Below, piece by piece: positions 51,485-62,021 of a stretch of DNA of 64,000 nt. A model generated the notes under the pieces. It ran no database searches. It was not told where the DNA came from and saw only the letters and a list, made by a program, of their open reading frames with translations. Made by a program: the position numbers and the translations under genes. Each line of letters opens with the position of its first letter. The first letter of the stretch is position 1. Source of the DNA: an uncultured bacterium (GTDB lineage: Bacteria; Verrucomicrobiota; Verrucomicrobiia; Limisphaerales; UBA8199); the NCBI GenBank assembly GCA_963749495.1, contig CAVVMW010000028.1, positions 1 to 64,000 on the forward strand. The letters run 5' to 3'.

Positions 51485-52239
51485 CAGTTCAAGGTGCTCG
51501 GCGCTGCGCGCCGGGGGTTGTGGTGTGTGTGCTGGACGCGGCCGTCCGAGAGGTGAATCACGCGGTCGGCCATATCGGCCATGACGGCGTTGTGCGTGAT
51601 GATGACGGTCAGGGCGCCCAACTCCTGGTTGACGCGCTGGATGGCCTCCAGGACAACGATGCCGGTCTTGACATCGAGCGAGCCGGTCGGTTCGTCGCAC
51701 AGGAGGATTTCGGGCCGCTTGGCGATGGCGCGGGCGATGGCGACGCGCTGCTGTTCGCCGCCGGACAATTGCGCCGGGAAGTGGTCGAGCCGGGCGCCCA
51801 GGTGCACGAGGTCGAGCGCGGCCTCGGGCAACATCGGATCGCGGGCGATTTCCGTGATCAACGCCACATTCTCGCGGGCGGTCAAACTTGGAATGAGATT
51901 GTAGAACTGGAAGACGAAGCCAACCCGCTTGCGGCGGAAGTCCGTCAATTGGTCTTCGCTGGCGGCCGACAGGTTCATCTGGCGGTAACGCAGCTCGCCG
52001 GCGGTCGGAAAGTCCAATCCGCCGAGATTATTGAGCAGCGTGGTCTTGCCGCTGCCCGAAGGACCCAGCAGCACGACCAACTCGCCTGCGTAGAGGTCCA
52101 AATCAACCCCGGCCAGCGCCCGGACTTCGGCGGCCCCGCTCCCATAGACCTTGGTCAGCCCCCGCACCCAGAACACCTGGGCGCGCGAGCCGCTCGAAGG
52201 TCCGGCCTCATCTGAGGACGTCACAGTCACCCCCCTCAT
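51481..52239 (-). CDS. ABC transporter ATP-binding protein
   Basis: [24 protein letters not shown] and ITH motifs. Confidence 0.95.
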   Translation of the reverse strand: MRGVTVTSSDEAGPSSGSRAQVFWVRGLTKVYGSGAAEVRALAGVDLDLYAGELVVLLGPSGSGKTTLLNNLGGLDFPTAGELRYRQMNLSAASEDQLTDFRRKRVGFVFQFYNLIPSLTARENVALITEIARDPMLPEAALDLVHLGARLDHFPAQLSGGEQQRVAIARAIAKRPEILLCDEPTGSLDVKTGIVVLEAIQRVNQELGALTVIITHNAVMADMADRVIHLSDGRVQHTHHNPRRAAPSTLNW

Positions 52240-52267
52240 AGACCATACTCCGGCCGGCTTTTCAAGT

Positions 52268-53833
52268 TTAAGGGATGTCCTTGATGAGGATGTCCTGGTT
52301 GCGGAAGACCTCCGGCCAGGCATCGACGGCGGCGCAGATGCGTTCCGGGTAGTGCTCGCGTCTTCGCGTGCTGCCGGGGTTCGAGGCCACGACGGCATAG
52401 CGCACGGGCGACTGGCTGACCAGCACCAGTTTGTTGTAGCCCAGGGCTTTGAGCCGGCGCAGGTCCGCCTGGTTGCTGAGCAGTTCAAACAGCCCTTTGG
52501 GGTTGGGACCCTTGGGGTAGCCCTCGAGGGTTTGCACGCACAGGCCCTTTCGGTCGGAGCGAAACAGCACCTCCCCGCCCCAAAGCGGGTCGCACGTATA
52601 GACCAGCAACCGGTCGCCGGGCTCGGTGTGCCGCGCGATGACCTCGCCCATCTCCTTGGGAAAGTAATCATAGTCGGCGGCGATCTTCATCGTGATGACG
52701 CCATCGACGCTGGAAAAGACCAGCACCAGTCCGGCCAGGGCCAGGCGCAACTCGGGCAGGGGCATCTCCCGCGCCCAGAAATCTTCCCAACGTTCGAGAG
52801 TGGCCCCGCACAGCATGGCCACTGCCGGGCAGCACATGAGATAGAAGTGCCAATGCTCCAGGACCAGGTGCGTGAAGACCAGCGCGGTGAGCAGCGTCGC
52901 CAGCAGCCAGAGTTTGGGCAGGCGGTTGCCGGGGCGGACCAGCGCCAGGACCAGCAGCGCGGCCATCGGCAGGCTGCCCAGGGTCCCGTGCAGAAACCGC
53001 CAGCCGCCCTTTATCCAATGCCCGGGGCCGAGCCGGTAGTGGAGGTCGCCGAAAAACCAATAGACCATGAACGGGCTCTTCGAGAGCCGCAGCTCGGTGT
53101 AGGGGTACTCCGCCTGCGCGGCCAGGGCATTGGTGTGGTGGGTCCAGGCGGCGAAGGCCAGCGCCGCCACGGCCCCCACCCCCGCCAGCAGCGCCCAGGA
53201 CCGCCAGCCGCGGCCCTCCCCGGCCATCAGCAAGAAAAGCGTGAACAACCCCGCGGCAAAGAACAACGGCATCTTGAGCAGCGCGCTCAGCGCCGCCAGC
53301 AGCGCCGCGGGCCACCACCACCAACCGCTGCCCGCGCGCACCAGCTTGTCCGCAAAGAAAACGAACCAGACCGTCGCCACCAGGCACAGACCGTCCGTGG
53401 CCGCCTCGCCTGCCATGACGACCACCAGCGGTTGCGCCAGGAAAAAGGCAGTCGCCCACCACGCCGCGCGCCGGCCCACGTACTGCCGCGCCAGTTCAAA
53501 AAACGGCCGGAGGCACGTTGCGAAAAACAGAAGCGAGACCAGGTTGGCCCATCCGTACCAGGTCGAATGAGCCAGCTTGAAGGCCAGCCCGGCGGCGGCC
53601 TGCCACACCGGCAACTCCAGCGCGGTCGGCGTTCCGGTCGCATTGAAACCCACGATCACCGGCCGCAGCAGGTCCACCGGGCCGCGGGCATATTCCAGGG
53701 CCGTGCCCAGGTGGCTGGCGCGGTAGAGCGATTTGCCCAGCACCGCGCCCCCGAGGTGGAACGCCGCTATCAGGCCCAGCAATCCCACCACCAGGGGCAG
53801 CAGCGGCCGGCCCTTGCTCTCGCTATCTTGCAC
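52268..53833 (-). CDS. GT-C type (GT39-like) membrane glycosyltransferase
   Basis: Multi-TM protein; [14 protein letters not shown] and HWHFY motifs. Confidence 0.65.
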   Translation of the reverse strand: MQDSESKGRPLLPLVVGLLGLIAAFHLGGAVLGKSLYRASHLGTALEYARGPVDLLRPVIVGFNATGTPTALELPVWQAAAGLAFKLAHSTWYGWANLVSLLFFATCLRPFFELARQYVGRRAAWWATAFFLAQPLVVVMAGEAATDGLCLVATVWFVFFADKLVRAGSGWWWWPAALLAALSALLKMPLFFAAGLFTLFLLMAGEGRGWRSWALLAGVGAVAALAFAAWTHHTNALAAQAEYPYTELRLSKSPFMVYWFFGDLHYRLGPGHWIKGGWRFLHGTLGSLPMAALLVLALVRPGNRLPKLWLLATLLTALVFTHLVLEHWHFYLMCCPAVAMLCGATLERWEDFWAREMPLPELRLALAGLVLVFSSVDGVITMKIAADYDYFPKEMGEVIARHTEPGDRLLVYTCDPLWGGEVLFRSDRKGLCVQTLEGYPKGPNPKGLFELLSNQADLRRLKALGYNKLVLVSQSPVRYAVVASNPGSTRRREHYPERICAAVDAWPEVFRNQDILIKDIP

Positions 53834-53964
53834 CCTCGCCTGCTACAAAACATCGCGCCGGGTGTCAAGCCGGCGGCTGGCGGAACGATCTCAACCGCGG
53901 TTCTCGTGCCGCGACGGCCCAGGGCGACTCAGGGGCCGGTATCGTGCGCTATTTGAGGGTGGCC

Positions 53965-54510
53965 TCAGAGCAACTCCGGCGCGTAGGCGAGCATGCGCTC
54001 CGCTTCAAGCGGTGCTCCTTGGTTCAGCCATTCAATGGGTTGGGCATTAGCATCGGCGGGATTGATCCACACCAGATCCCGCAGTTCCGGCGCCTTTGGA
54101 AGCGCAACTATCAAGCGTCGGCGGATTGCGCTGTCGCGAGAGGCCACGGGGCTGGCAGTCTCAATGGCTGCATAGACCAGGTGCAAATCCTTTCGAATCG
54201 ACTCTGGATCCAACCGGGCAGGGTTAGCTGATAGGATGCGCTGCTCCAGGCCCGCAACCACTTTGGGAGTGCAATCGCTCACCTTCCGCCGCGCATACAT
54301 CTGGACCAGCCACTTTCGAGAAAACCGACTCGCATGCGTCTTCCACTCAGTGGCGATGGCCGGCGTGCAAACCGCGCGGTGACACACTTCCAGGACAGTT
54401 TGCAGGAAGTCCCGGCACGCCTTGCTCGTGCCCGTCATATCGGGGGAATCGCCAGCGGCCCGTGCCACGTCCGCATCAATGACCAATTGCCGCGAGGCAA
54501 CCTTGCTCAT
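53965..54510 (-). CDS. PIN-like protein
   Basis: LVIDADV N-terminal motif, EW, KDLHLV.AA and ASRD acidic positions. Confidence 0.55.
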   Translation of the reverse strand: MSKVASRQLVIDADVARAAGDSPDMTGTSKACRDFLQTVLEVCHRAVCTPAIATEWKTHASRFSRKWLVQMYARRKVSDCTPKVVAGLEQRILSANPARLDPESIRKDLHLVYAAIETASPVASRDSAIRRRLIVALPKAPELRDLVWINPADANAQPIEWLNQGAPLEAERMLAYAPELL

Positions 54511-55847
54511 GCGGCGCGGCGACGCGCGTCCACAGCGTCGAGGTAGCGGCGTTCAAGATCCAATTCCACCTTGCCAAAGTCCTCGGGCCAGTCCCCGAAG
54601 GATCCACTGCTGTCTATGTCCGCGCTTTGCACTACGGTGGCGCCGTCGGAGGAGTCCCTGGTGAACCAGTGCAGTTTGACATCTCCCGGGCTGATCTCGG
54701 CCCCCTGGGCGGCCAGCGCCTGGATGGCCAGCAACAGAAGCGCGCTGTGGGTCTCAGCGATGACCTGGACTCCGCGCCTGATAGCCTTGGCGAGAACAGA
54801 AGCAAGGGCCACCTGGGCGCGAGGGTGCAGATGGATTTCAGGCTGCTCAAGATAAACTATCTGACCCGGACTGGCCGCCTGTAGCGCAACGGCCACTGGC
54901 AGCGCCTGTGAAACCCCGAATCCAACGTCGGCGATGTTGACCAAGTCCCAGGCTCCCCCTACAGCGGCCCTGGGCAAGCGGCCAACCACAAGCTCCACCT
55001 GCGTATCACTGAGACGCTTGGCGGCGACCTTCCACGTGAGACCGAGCGCAAAGAGGTCTTGGTTCAGTTGGTCCAGCCTTGCGTTGTCCTTTTCGCCCTG
55101 CCAGTGGGCGACTATGGCCGCCGTGTAGGTCTCGAAGGTCCCCGGATAGAGCTTGCCCACTGCCGTCATCGGATAGGTCCGTAGCGGATTGCCACGAAGC
55201 CCGGGCAGGTGGATTAGTTCGTGGAGTGCTTTCTCAGTCGCGTCCAATGTCGGGTGCGGCAAAGGAGCAATCGCAAAGCCCGAATTTGGTTCCTTGGCAC
55301 GTGCTCCCAAACCGAGGAGAAAGCGCCGCCTGGGTACGAAATACTCGAGTGCGTGTCCGGGCAGACTCTCACCAAAGTCGATGAACCCCCTGTGCTCCGG
55401 TGACTGATTCACGATGTCCTCGCTCGTCATTTCAGGGCGCAGTCTGAGCGGTGGGTTCCCGCCGAACTCAGCCGCAACCACGTCAATCACCTTTGCAGCG
55501 TGACGACAGAAGGTCAGCTTGAGCGACGGTGCCCGCCCAAAACGCAGCTCGATTTCGAACCTGTCAGCGCTCCTTTTTTGGGCGAGCCTGGAGAAGAGCT
55601 GCTCGGCTGAAGAAAACCTCACATTAGGTCCCTCCAGCAACAACACGCCTGGATCGTAGGCGACCTCCAGGCTCTGTTTTAGCAGGAGCAATGCCTGCAT
55701 GAGGCTCGATTTGCCCGAGCTGTTCGCGCCCGCAAGAATCGTGAGCTTTCGAAATTCGACAGACTGATTCCGTATAAAAGACTTGAACCCGCCCAAGGCC
55801 ACGCCGGCCAAGGGGGCCTGTTTGAGCTTATCTCGCTGTTCGGACAT
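54507..55847 (-). CDS. AAA/ABC-type ATPase (AAA_15/AAA_21-like)
   Basis: GFKSF, GANSSGKS, DVGFGVSQ, LEQPEIHLHP and ETHS motifs. Confidence 0.88.
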   Translation of the reverse strand: MSEQRDKLKQAPLAGVALGGFKSFIRNQSVEFRKLTILAGANSSGKSSLMQALLLLKQSLEVAYDPGVLLLEGPNVRFSSAEQLFSRLAQKRSADRFEIELRFGRAPSLKLTFCRHAAKVIDVVAAEFGGNPPLRLRPEMTSEDIVNQSPEHRGFIDFGESLPGHALEYFVPRRRFLLGLGARAKEPNSGFAIAPLPHPTLDATEKALHELIHLPGLRGNPLRTYPMTAVGKLYPGTFETYTAAIVAHWQGEKDNARLDQLNQDLFALGLTWKVAAKRLSDTQVELVVGRLPRAAVGGAWDLVNIADVGFGVSQALPVAVALQAASPGQIVYLEQPEIHLHPRAQVALASVLAKAIRRGVQVIAETHSALLLLAIQALAAQGAEISPGDVKLHWFTRDSSDGATVVQSADIDSSGSFGDWPEDFGKVELDLERRYLDAVDARRRAA

Positions 55848-56059
55848 CGTTCTCTAAGTTAGCCGGGCCTGCCTGATTTTGAAAGCCCTGATTTGGCGAG
55901 CACGCTTGCCGCAGGCCGCGTTGCGCGTAAACCTGAGGCCTCGCGTGCGCCACCCCTGATGCCCAGCAGTGGCCTTGGAGCGGCAGAGCCAGAATGACGT
56001 CCTCTGTGCGCCCTGCACTAATTGGCTCACGGCCAATCGTCTCCGTTTGGATACGTTCA

Positions 56060-56112
56060 ACCAGCGCGTTCGCAAGGCTCACCGGCAGGTTCTCGTCGAG
56101 GAGAATTCTCAC
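56060..56112 (-). pseudogene. N-terminal remnant of a DUF5615-like PIN toxin
   Basis: MRILLDENLPVSLANAL, then resemblance is lost. Confidence 0.55.
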
Positions 56113-56174
56113 GCCGCCAGGAATTCTTGAGCGCCCTCTTTCCACGGGGCTGTTCTTGGGGTATAGAGGGGCAG

Positions 56175-56813
56175 ATGTTCAAGCCGCTGATTGAGAAACT
56201 GATAAGCTGGTACATGGACCGGTTGTCGGAGTGGGGTTACCTGCTCATCGGGCTGTTGATGGCGATGGAGAGTTCCATTGTGCCCCTGCCGAGCGAGTTG
56301 GTCATTCCGCCGGCCGCTCACCTGGCCCACACGGGGAAGGTCCCCCTGGGGCTGCCGGGCATTATCCTGGCAGGGACGATCGGCTCCTGGGTCGGCGCCA
56401 CGGCGATGTATTGGGCGGCGCGGTTGGCGGGGCGTCCGCTGGTCCTGCGCTACGGACGCTGCTTGCTGATCTCTGCCCGCAAGGTCGAGGGGGCCGAGCG
56501 CTGGGCGGCGCATTACGGCGCGATGGGCATATTCATCTCGCGCATGCTGCCGGTGGTCCGGCATCTGATCGGCATCCCGGCCGGGGTCGTGCGCATGAAC
56601 TACAAGACCTTCTCCCTGTTCACCCTGCTCGGCTCGGCCATCTGGTGCGCTGTGTTGTGCTATGTTGGCATCAAGATGGGCCAGGACGAAAAGCTCATGA
56701 GAGGCGAGATGCACCGCGTCTCGCTCTGGCTGGGCGGTGCAATGCTCGTGCTGGGCGGCCTCTACTACTTCTTCGTCCATCGCCACATGAAGGCCGTGGA
56801 CAAATCCCGATGA
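56175..56813 (+). CDS. dedA: DedA family membrane protein
   Basis: MESSIVPLPSE, SRMLPVVRHLI and PAG motifs. Confidence 0.92.
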   Translation: MFKPLIEKLISWYMDRLSEWGYLLIGLLMAMESSIVPLPSELVIPPAAHLAHTGKVPLGLPGIILAGTIGSWVGATAMYWAARLAGRPLVLRYGRCLLISARKVEGAERWAAHYGAMGIFISRMLPVVRHLIGIPAGVVRMNYKTFSLFTLLGSAIWCAVLCYVGIKMGQDEKLMRGEMHRVSLWLGGAMLVLGGLYYFFVHRHMKAVDKSR

Positions 56814-57039
56814 AAAAGGCAAACGCACCGCCTTCAAGAACGTGGACATCAAAGTCGCCCCGCGCGTCTGGCACACGTTGCGCGTGGATTTCCGCGCCAA
56901 TCGCTTCATCGTCACCTTCGACGGCCGCAAGGTCATCGAGGCGAGCGACGACCATCTCCAGCAACCCGGGCGCGTGGGCGTGTGGACCAAGGCCGACAGC
57001 GTGACGGTCTTCGACAATTTCAGTTTCGGGGCCGAGTAG
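56812..57039 (+). pseudogene. C-terminal remnant of a DUF1080/LamG-like domain
   Basis: WHTLRVDF...FDGRKVIEASD...GRVGVWTKADSVTVFDNF; N-terminus absent. Confidence 0.6.
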
Positions 57040-57177
57040 AAACCGCGCAAAGCAAAATCACTATTGGCAAAATCGTGGCACAGGACCTTCTGCCTCTGCC
57101 GCTCATGATTTTGCCAACAATGATTCTGTGTCGAGAATCTGCGTGCCAAATCGCGGGCCATCGGCTATTTGTGGAGA

Positions 57178-57717
57178 ATGACCAGTGTGCGCCTCATCCG
57201 CAATCTTGCGCTTGTGGGCTTCATGGGCACGGGCAAGTCCAGCGTCGGCAGATTGGCGGCGGATGCGCTGCATTTCACTTTCCTGGACACCGACCGTGTG
57301 ATCGAGGCGCGGGCCGGGGCGGCGATTTCCGAGATTTTCGCGCAGCAGGGCGAGCCGGTCTTCCGTGAGTGGGAGCGGCGCATCGTCGAGGAACTGACCC
57401 GGCGGACCAAGACGGTCATCGCCACGGGGGGCGGGTTGCCCGTCAACGAGTCCAACCTGGCGAGCCTCAAGACCCATGCCCTAGTGGTTTGCCTCTGGGC
57501 CTCGGCGGAGGTGATCTTTGGGCGCGTGCGCCATCACGGGCACCGTCCCCTGTTGAACCAGGCCGAGCCGCTCGAAGAAATCCGCCGCCTCCTTGCGGTT
57601 CGTGAGCCACATTATCGCCAGGCCGATGTGCTGGTGAACACGGAGCGGCGCTCGTTGAGGGAAGTGGCCGCCCAGGTGGTGCACCAGTTTCACCTGGCGC
57701 AAGCGGCCCATCCATGA
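57178..57717 (+). CDS. aroK: Shikimate kinase
   Basis: GFMGTGKS, DTD, FREWE, ATGGG and RPLL motifs. Confidence 0.95.
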   Translation: MTSVRLIRNLALVGFMGTGKSSVGRLAADALHFTFLDTDRVIEARAGAAISEIFAQQGEPVFREWERRIVEELTRRTKTVIATGGGLPVNESNLASLKTHALVVCLWASAEVIFGRVRHHGHRPLLNQAEPLEEIRRLLAVREPHYRQADVLVNTERRSLREVAAQVVHQFHLAQAAHP

Positions 57718-58947
57718 GAGAGGCCATCCGACGCCGTGCGCAGGAATTGGGGTTCGAGGCCTGCCGGTTCACCACGGCGGCGCCGCCCCAATCCGCCCCG
57801 GCGTTCGGGCAATGGCTGGCCCGGGAGCACCACGGTCAGATGGCCTGGCTCCAGCGCAGTGCCCACAAACGAGTGGACCCCCAACTGGTCTTGCCGGGCG
57901 CCCGAACCGTCATCACGCTCGCAACCAGTTACGCCCCCCAGGCCGAAGGGCTTCCCCTCACCCCGACCCTCTCCCCATCCGATGGGGAGAGGGAGAACTT
58001 TTTGCAGCCTGTCGACGAATCGCAGCGCGTTGGCACCTTCGAGAACCGGGCTTTGCCGCGCCCTCTCCCCGTCCGACGGGGAGAGGGTCGGGGTGAGGGG
58101 CAAGAGGTGGCCGAGCACATTGGGTTGGTAAAAACCGAGTCGCCTCACGCTGGCTCCGCCCCCCGATCCCAATGCGGGGTGGTGGCCCGGTATGCCCGCT
58201 ACGCCGATTATCATCGCGTCCTGGGAGAGCGGCTCCAGCAGTTGGGCGGCTTGGTCGGCCAACTCGGCGGCCAAGGCGCCCGCTCGCTCTGGTACGTGGA
58301 CACCGGACCGCTGCTGGAGCGCGACCTGGCCCAGCGCGCGGGCCTGGGCTTCATCGGCAAGCACACCAATCTCATCAGCCGCCAGCTCGGCAACTGGGTC
58401 TTGCTTTCCGAACTCATCACCACCGTCGAACTGCAGCCCGATGCGCCGGAGCACAACCGCTGTGGCTCGTGCGCGCGCTGCATCGCCGCCTGCCCGACGG
58501 GCGCCATCCGGGCGCCGTTCCAGCTCGATGCCCGCCTCTGCATCTCCTACCTCACCATCGAGCCTCAAAGGCCCCATCCCAGTCGAGCTCCGGCCCGCTA
58601 TCGGCAACCGCATTTACGGCTGCGACGACTGCCTGGCCGTGTGCCCTTGGAACCGCTTTGCGCGCCAAGGCCGGCTCCTGAGCGCCCACGCCCGCCCGGA
58701 CCTGGCGGCCCCGGACCTGCTGGAATTGCTGGCGCTGGACGAAGCCGGGTTCCGCAGCCGGTTCGCCGGCACCCCGATCCTGCGCACACGTCGAAGTGGT
58801 CTCTTGCGCAATGTCTGCGTGGCACTTGGCAACACCGCCGGCCCGGCCGCCCTCCCTGCCCTGGAAAGGAGCGCCTCAGACGCCGAACCCTTGATCGCCG
58901 AGCACGGCCGCTGGGCGCGTGAACAGATCCGGGCGCGGGGGAAATGA
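57714..58947 (+). CDS. queG: Epoxyqueuosine reductase (frameshift near 58563; internal repeat insertion)
   Basis: VDTGPLLERDLA, GKHTNLI, CGSCARCIAACPT, CISYLTIE and GCDDCLAVCPWN motifs. Confidence 0.92.
57954..58100. repeat. REP-like element inside queG
   Basis: cccctcaccccgaccctctcccc ... ggggagagggtcggggtgagggg; 147 bp. Confidence 0.85.
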
Positions 58948-59056
58948 CGAATGACGAATGACGAATGACGAATGACGAAAGGCCCCGAGCCCCAGCGACC
59001 GAGAGGGCAACCGCCACGGCTCATTCGTCATTCGTCATTCGTCATTCGTCATTCAT
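58944..59056. repeat. Inverted pair of (ATGACGA)n heptamer arrays between convergent genes
   Basis: Five atgacga at 58944-58978 and tcattcg repeats at 59021-59052. Confidence 0.8.
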
Positions 59057-59370
59057 TTCTGTGCCGAGCACCCGTAGGTGCTCGGGCCGGCGCTGACGAT
59101 GCCGTCCGGCAGCGGCTGCAGCTTGGTGATTTTGACGCGGAACTGCTCGGGGCCCTTTTCCAGGTAATCCCACTCGAACGTGCCGGGGAATTCCGCCAGG
59201 AACTGGCGGCGCATCGGCGCCGGGTCGTGGTCGTTGAGCAGGATGAAATGGTCGCCCACCGCCAGTTCCCGCCAGGTCTTCAAGACCAGCCCGTGCTTGA
59301 CGCTGCACGGGACAGCTCGCACGTCCATGACCTTGTTCCGGTCCATCGGAGATTCGCTCTGTGTAGTCAT
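59053..59370 (-). CDS. DUF2249-like protein
   Basis: MDVRAVP...LLNDHDPAPM...WDYLEKGP..FRVKI. Confidence 0.85.
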   Translation of the reverse strand: MTTQSESPMDRNKVMDVRAVPCSVKHGLVLKTWRELAVGDHFILLNDHDPAPMRRQFLAEFPGTFEWDYLEKGPEQFRVKITKLQPLPDGIVSAGPSTYGCSAQK

Positions 59371-59705
59371 GACTTGAAGAGCGTCAAGAGCATCGAGAAT
59401 TGGCTGGTCGCCTTGACGGCGTGGGGCGCATTGGGGGGCATGTAGAGAAAGCTGCCGGACTTGAGCGCGTGCGGCTTGCCGAAGAGGGAAAACTCGCACT
59501 CCCCGGACAGGATCTGGATGAGGGCGTGCTGGGTCGAGGTGTGCTCGGTCAACTCCTGGCCCTCGGCAAAGCCAAACAGGACGACGCGCGCGCCGGGCGT
59601 TCGCAGCAGCGTGCGGCTGACAATCCCGTTGGGCGCGAACTGGGTCTCGTCCGCGAGCGACAGGATCTTTTCCCGGCTGATATCGATCAATGGTTGCTCG
59701 TTCAT
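59367..59705 (-). CDS. Cupin domain protein
   Basis: FAEGQELTEH and PPNAPHAV motifs. Confidence 0.88.
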   Translation of the reverse strand: MNEQPLIDISREKILSLADETQFAPNGIVSRTLLRTPGARVVLFGFAEGQELTEHTSTQHALIQILSGECEFSLFGKPHALKSGSFLYMPPNAPHAVKATSQFSMLLTLFKS

Positions 59706-59803
59706 ACCGACAATATGCCCTTGAATGGTGGCCGCCGCATTGACGGAGATCAAGGAAAAGGGGATTGCAATTTCCCTGCCCTGGCCTCTTACTGGGCGCA
59801 GAT

Positions 59804-60661
59804 ATGAAGACACTCCTCTTTCTGGCCGGCGCCATGCTGGGAGCGGGCGGCGCTTTGGCCCAGGACGCCCTCAAGCCGGACAGCCCCGCTGACAAACTCG
59901 GATGGCAAGTGGCCATTCATGCCTACACCTTCAGGGAATTCCCCATAGCCGAGGCGATCGACAAGACGGCCTCCCTCGGCCTCAAATACATGAGCCTCTC
60001 GGGCAGCGTCAACCTGGGCGCTCAGAAAATGCCCCGCACCATTGACCTCCCCGATTCCGAGATGGACGCCATCCGCAAACGGGCCCAGGACGCCGGCATC
60101 AAGCTGGTCAACATCGGCGTGGTGCAACTGCCGCCCGACGAGGCCCAAAGCCGCAAGGTCTTCGACTTCGCCAAGAAGTGGGGCATTGATACCCTGGTTG
60201 CGGAGCCCGAACCCAGTGCCATGGACCTGGTTGAGAGGCTCTGCAAAGAATACAACATCAAGGTGGCCATCCACAATCACCCCAAGCCCTCGCGCTACTG
60301 GAATCCGGACACGGTGCTGGAGGCCGTCCAGGGCCGCAGCCCGCTCCTCGGGGCTTGCGCCGACACCGGCCACTGGATGCGCTCCGGGCTCGACCCTGTC
60401 GAGTGCCTCAAGAAACTCCGAGGGCGCATCATCTGCCTCCACTTCAAAGACCTCGCCGAGCGCTCGCTCAGGACGCACGACGTGCCCTGGGGCACCGGCG
60501 CGGGCAATGTCAAAGAAATGATGGCCGAGTTGAAACGCCAGGGCTTCCACGGCGTCTTCGGCATCGAGTACGAATACAACTGGAAGAACTCCTTGCCCGA
60601 GATCGCCCAGGGCTTGAAGTTCTTCGACGCCACCTGCGCGGAGTTGGCAGCCACGCCCTGA
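59804..60661 (+). CDS. Sugar phosphate isomerase/epimerase (TIM barrel), exported
   Basis: Signal peptide; AIHNH, DTGHW, LHFKD and IEYE motifs. Confidence 0.88.
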   Translation: MKTLLFLAGAMLGAGGALAQDALKPDSPADKLGWQVAIHAYTFREFPIAEAIDKTASLGLKYMSLSGSVNLGAQKMPRTIDLPDSEMDAIRKRAQDAGIKLVNIGVVQLPPDEAQSRKVFDFAKKWGIDTLVAEPEPSAMDLVERLCKEYNIKVAIHNHPKPSRYWNPDTVLEAVQGRSPLLGACADTGHWMRSGLDPVECLKKLRGRIICLHFKDLAERSLRTHDVPWGTGAGNVKEMMAELKRQGFHGVFGIEYEYNWKNSLPEIAQGLKFFDATCAELAATP

Positions 60662-60682
60662 GCGGGTGCGTGGCATAGGCCC

Positions 60683-60925
60683 TCATCGCCGCGACTGCAG
60701 GACGGTTTTCGAGAGGGAACTCCTGGATCTTGGTCCGCGCAGGACATCGGCCAGTTCCTCTTCCAGTTCACGCCGCCGACGATCGTCGTCGGGTTCCGTG
60801 TTGGCGGGGTGGATGACCCACAATGGCTGCCCGTTGTCGGTGACTTGCACAGGCCTGCCCGCGCGGGTCATGCGCTTGATTTTCCGCGGCTCGCGGACCA
60901 GCGTGCGCAACGTGATCGTCTTCAT
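60683..60925 (-). CDS. Phd/YefM family antitoxin
   Basis: MKTITLRTL...GRPVQVTDNGQPLWVIHP. Confidence 0.75.
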   Translation of the reverse strand: MKTITLRTLVREPRKIKRMTRAGRPVQVTDNGQPLWVIHPANTEPDDDRRRRELEEELADVLRGPRSRSSLSKTVLQSRR

Positions 60926-61105
60926 GATGACTGACGTTAGTGGCTGACAGCTCGGCCGTCAACCCCGGTTTCCTGCCGAATCGGACCGCCGTGATCGAGT
61001 GAAAACGAGCCTGCCGCTGGATTGGCCGCCCATATTTGCCGGGAAATCATCGTCATGCTCGATTCCGGCGTTGCCAATGGCCGGGGGGCCGCCTATCGTA
61101 ACGTG

Positions 61106-61759
61106 ATGCTCACATCGGTTCTGACACACCACAGCGGGCGGAGCGCGTTAGACGAGTTGCTGCAGGCTGAGCCGTCGGCCAAAGGCGCAGAGCCCGAGCA
61201 GCGAGTTGTCTTCTGCGGCATTGCCTGGAACCGCTATCTGTCGTTCGACAAGAGGCTGGGCGACGATCGGCCTGGCCCGCGCTTGTATTACTTGGATGGG
61301 GAACTCGAAATCATGACCACCTCGAACGAACACGAACGAGTCAAGAAATGGATCGGCGACTTTATGGGAGACTATTTCCTGGAGACGGGCATAGAGGTCA
61401 TGCCCCGCGGCCAGGCCACCATGCGGCTTGCTTTGAAAGAGGCCGGCGCCGAGCCGGATGAATCGTGGTGCGTCGGCCAGGAAAAGGAGTTTCCCGATCT
61501 GGTGCTGGAAATTGCCCTGACCAGCGGGGGCATCAACAAGCTGGAAATCTATCGCAGGTTCAATGTGCCCGAGGTCTGGTTCTGGCGCCGAAACCAGCTT
61601 GAGATATTCGCGCTCAACAATTCGGGGAATTACGAATCCTCACGGACCAGCCGCCTTGTTCCCGATTTGGACATCGCCCTGCTCGAGCGTTGCGTGGGAA
61701 TCAGTTCCTGGCAGCAAGCCCGGCGGACCTTCCGGGCGGCGCTATCCAAACCGCAGTGA
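61106..61759 (+). CDS. Uma2 family endonuclease
   Basis: YLDGELEIM, AEPDESW, PDLVLEI and VPEVWFW motifs. Confidence 0.88.
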   Translation: MLTSVLTHHSGRSALDELLQAEPSAKGAEPEQRVVFCGIAWNRYLSFDKRLGDDRPGPRLYYLDGELEIMTTSNEHERVKKWIGDFMGDYFLETGIEVMPRGQATMRLALKEAGAEPDESWCVGQEKEFPDLVLEIALTSGGINKLEIYRRFNVPEVWFWRRNQLEIFALNNSGNYESSRTSRLVPDLDIALLERCVGISSWQQARRTFRAALSKPQ

Positions 61760-61841
61760 TTCTCGCTGTGCCGCCTGAGCACAAGGGGCATTGGGGCGTA
61801 TTCGGACACTGCCCCCGGGCGCGCGCTCTGCCTCCTGCCGA

Positions 61842-61915
61842 TGGTAGGGCGGGCAGTCCTCTGCCCGCCGCGGCCTGCACCGGCACACGGCGCGCACGGA
61901 GTGACGCGCCCTACC
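61842..61915. repeat. REP-like inverted repeat
   Basis: ggtagggcg ... cgccctacc. Confidence 0.55.
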
Positions 61916-62021
61916 GAGCCGCGCCCTGCCAGGGCGCGACAACGCCCGAATCCATCGCCCGAGGATTGGGGTCTGAGGGCGTCGGGCTGGGCCAGGCGCC
62001 GCGCCCGGCAGGGGCCGTCCC

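Noticed and set aside
5987..58947. Single-base frameshifts (near 6458, 8272, 13128, 24880, 26248, 36950, 40320, 58563) as programmed frameshifting or true pseudogenes
   Set aside because: They are scattered through unrelated, otherwise intact genes, often at short runs and without clear slippery heptamers. Sequencing or assembly indels are more likely; raw reads would decide.
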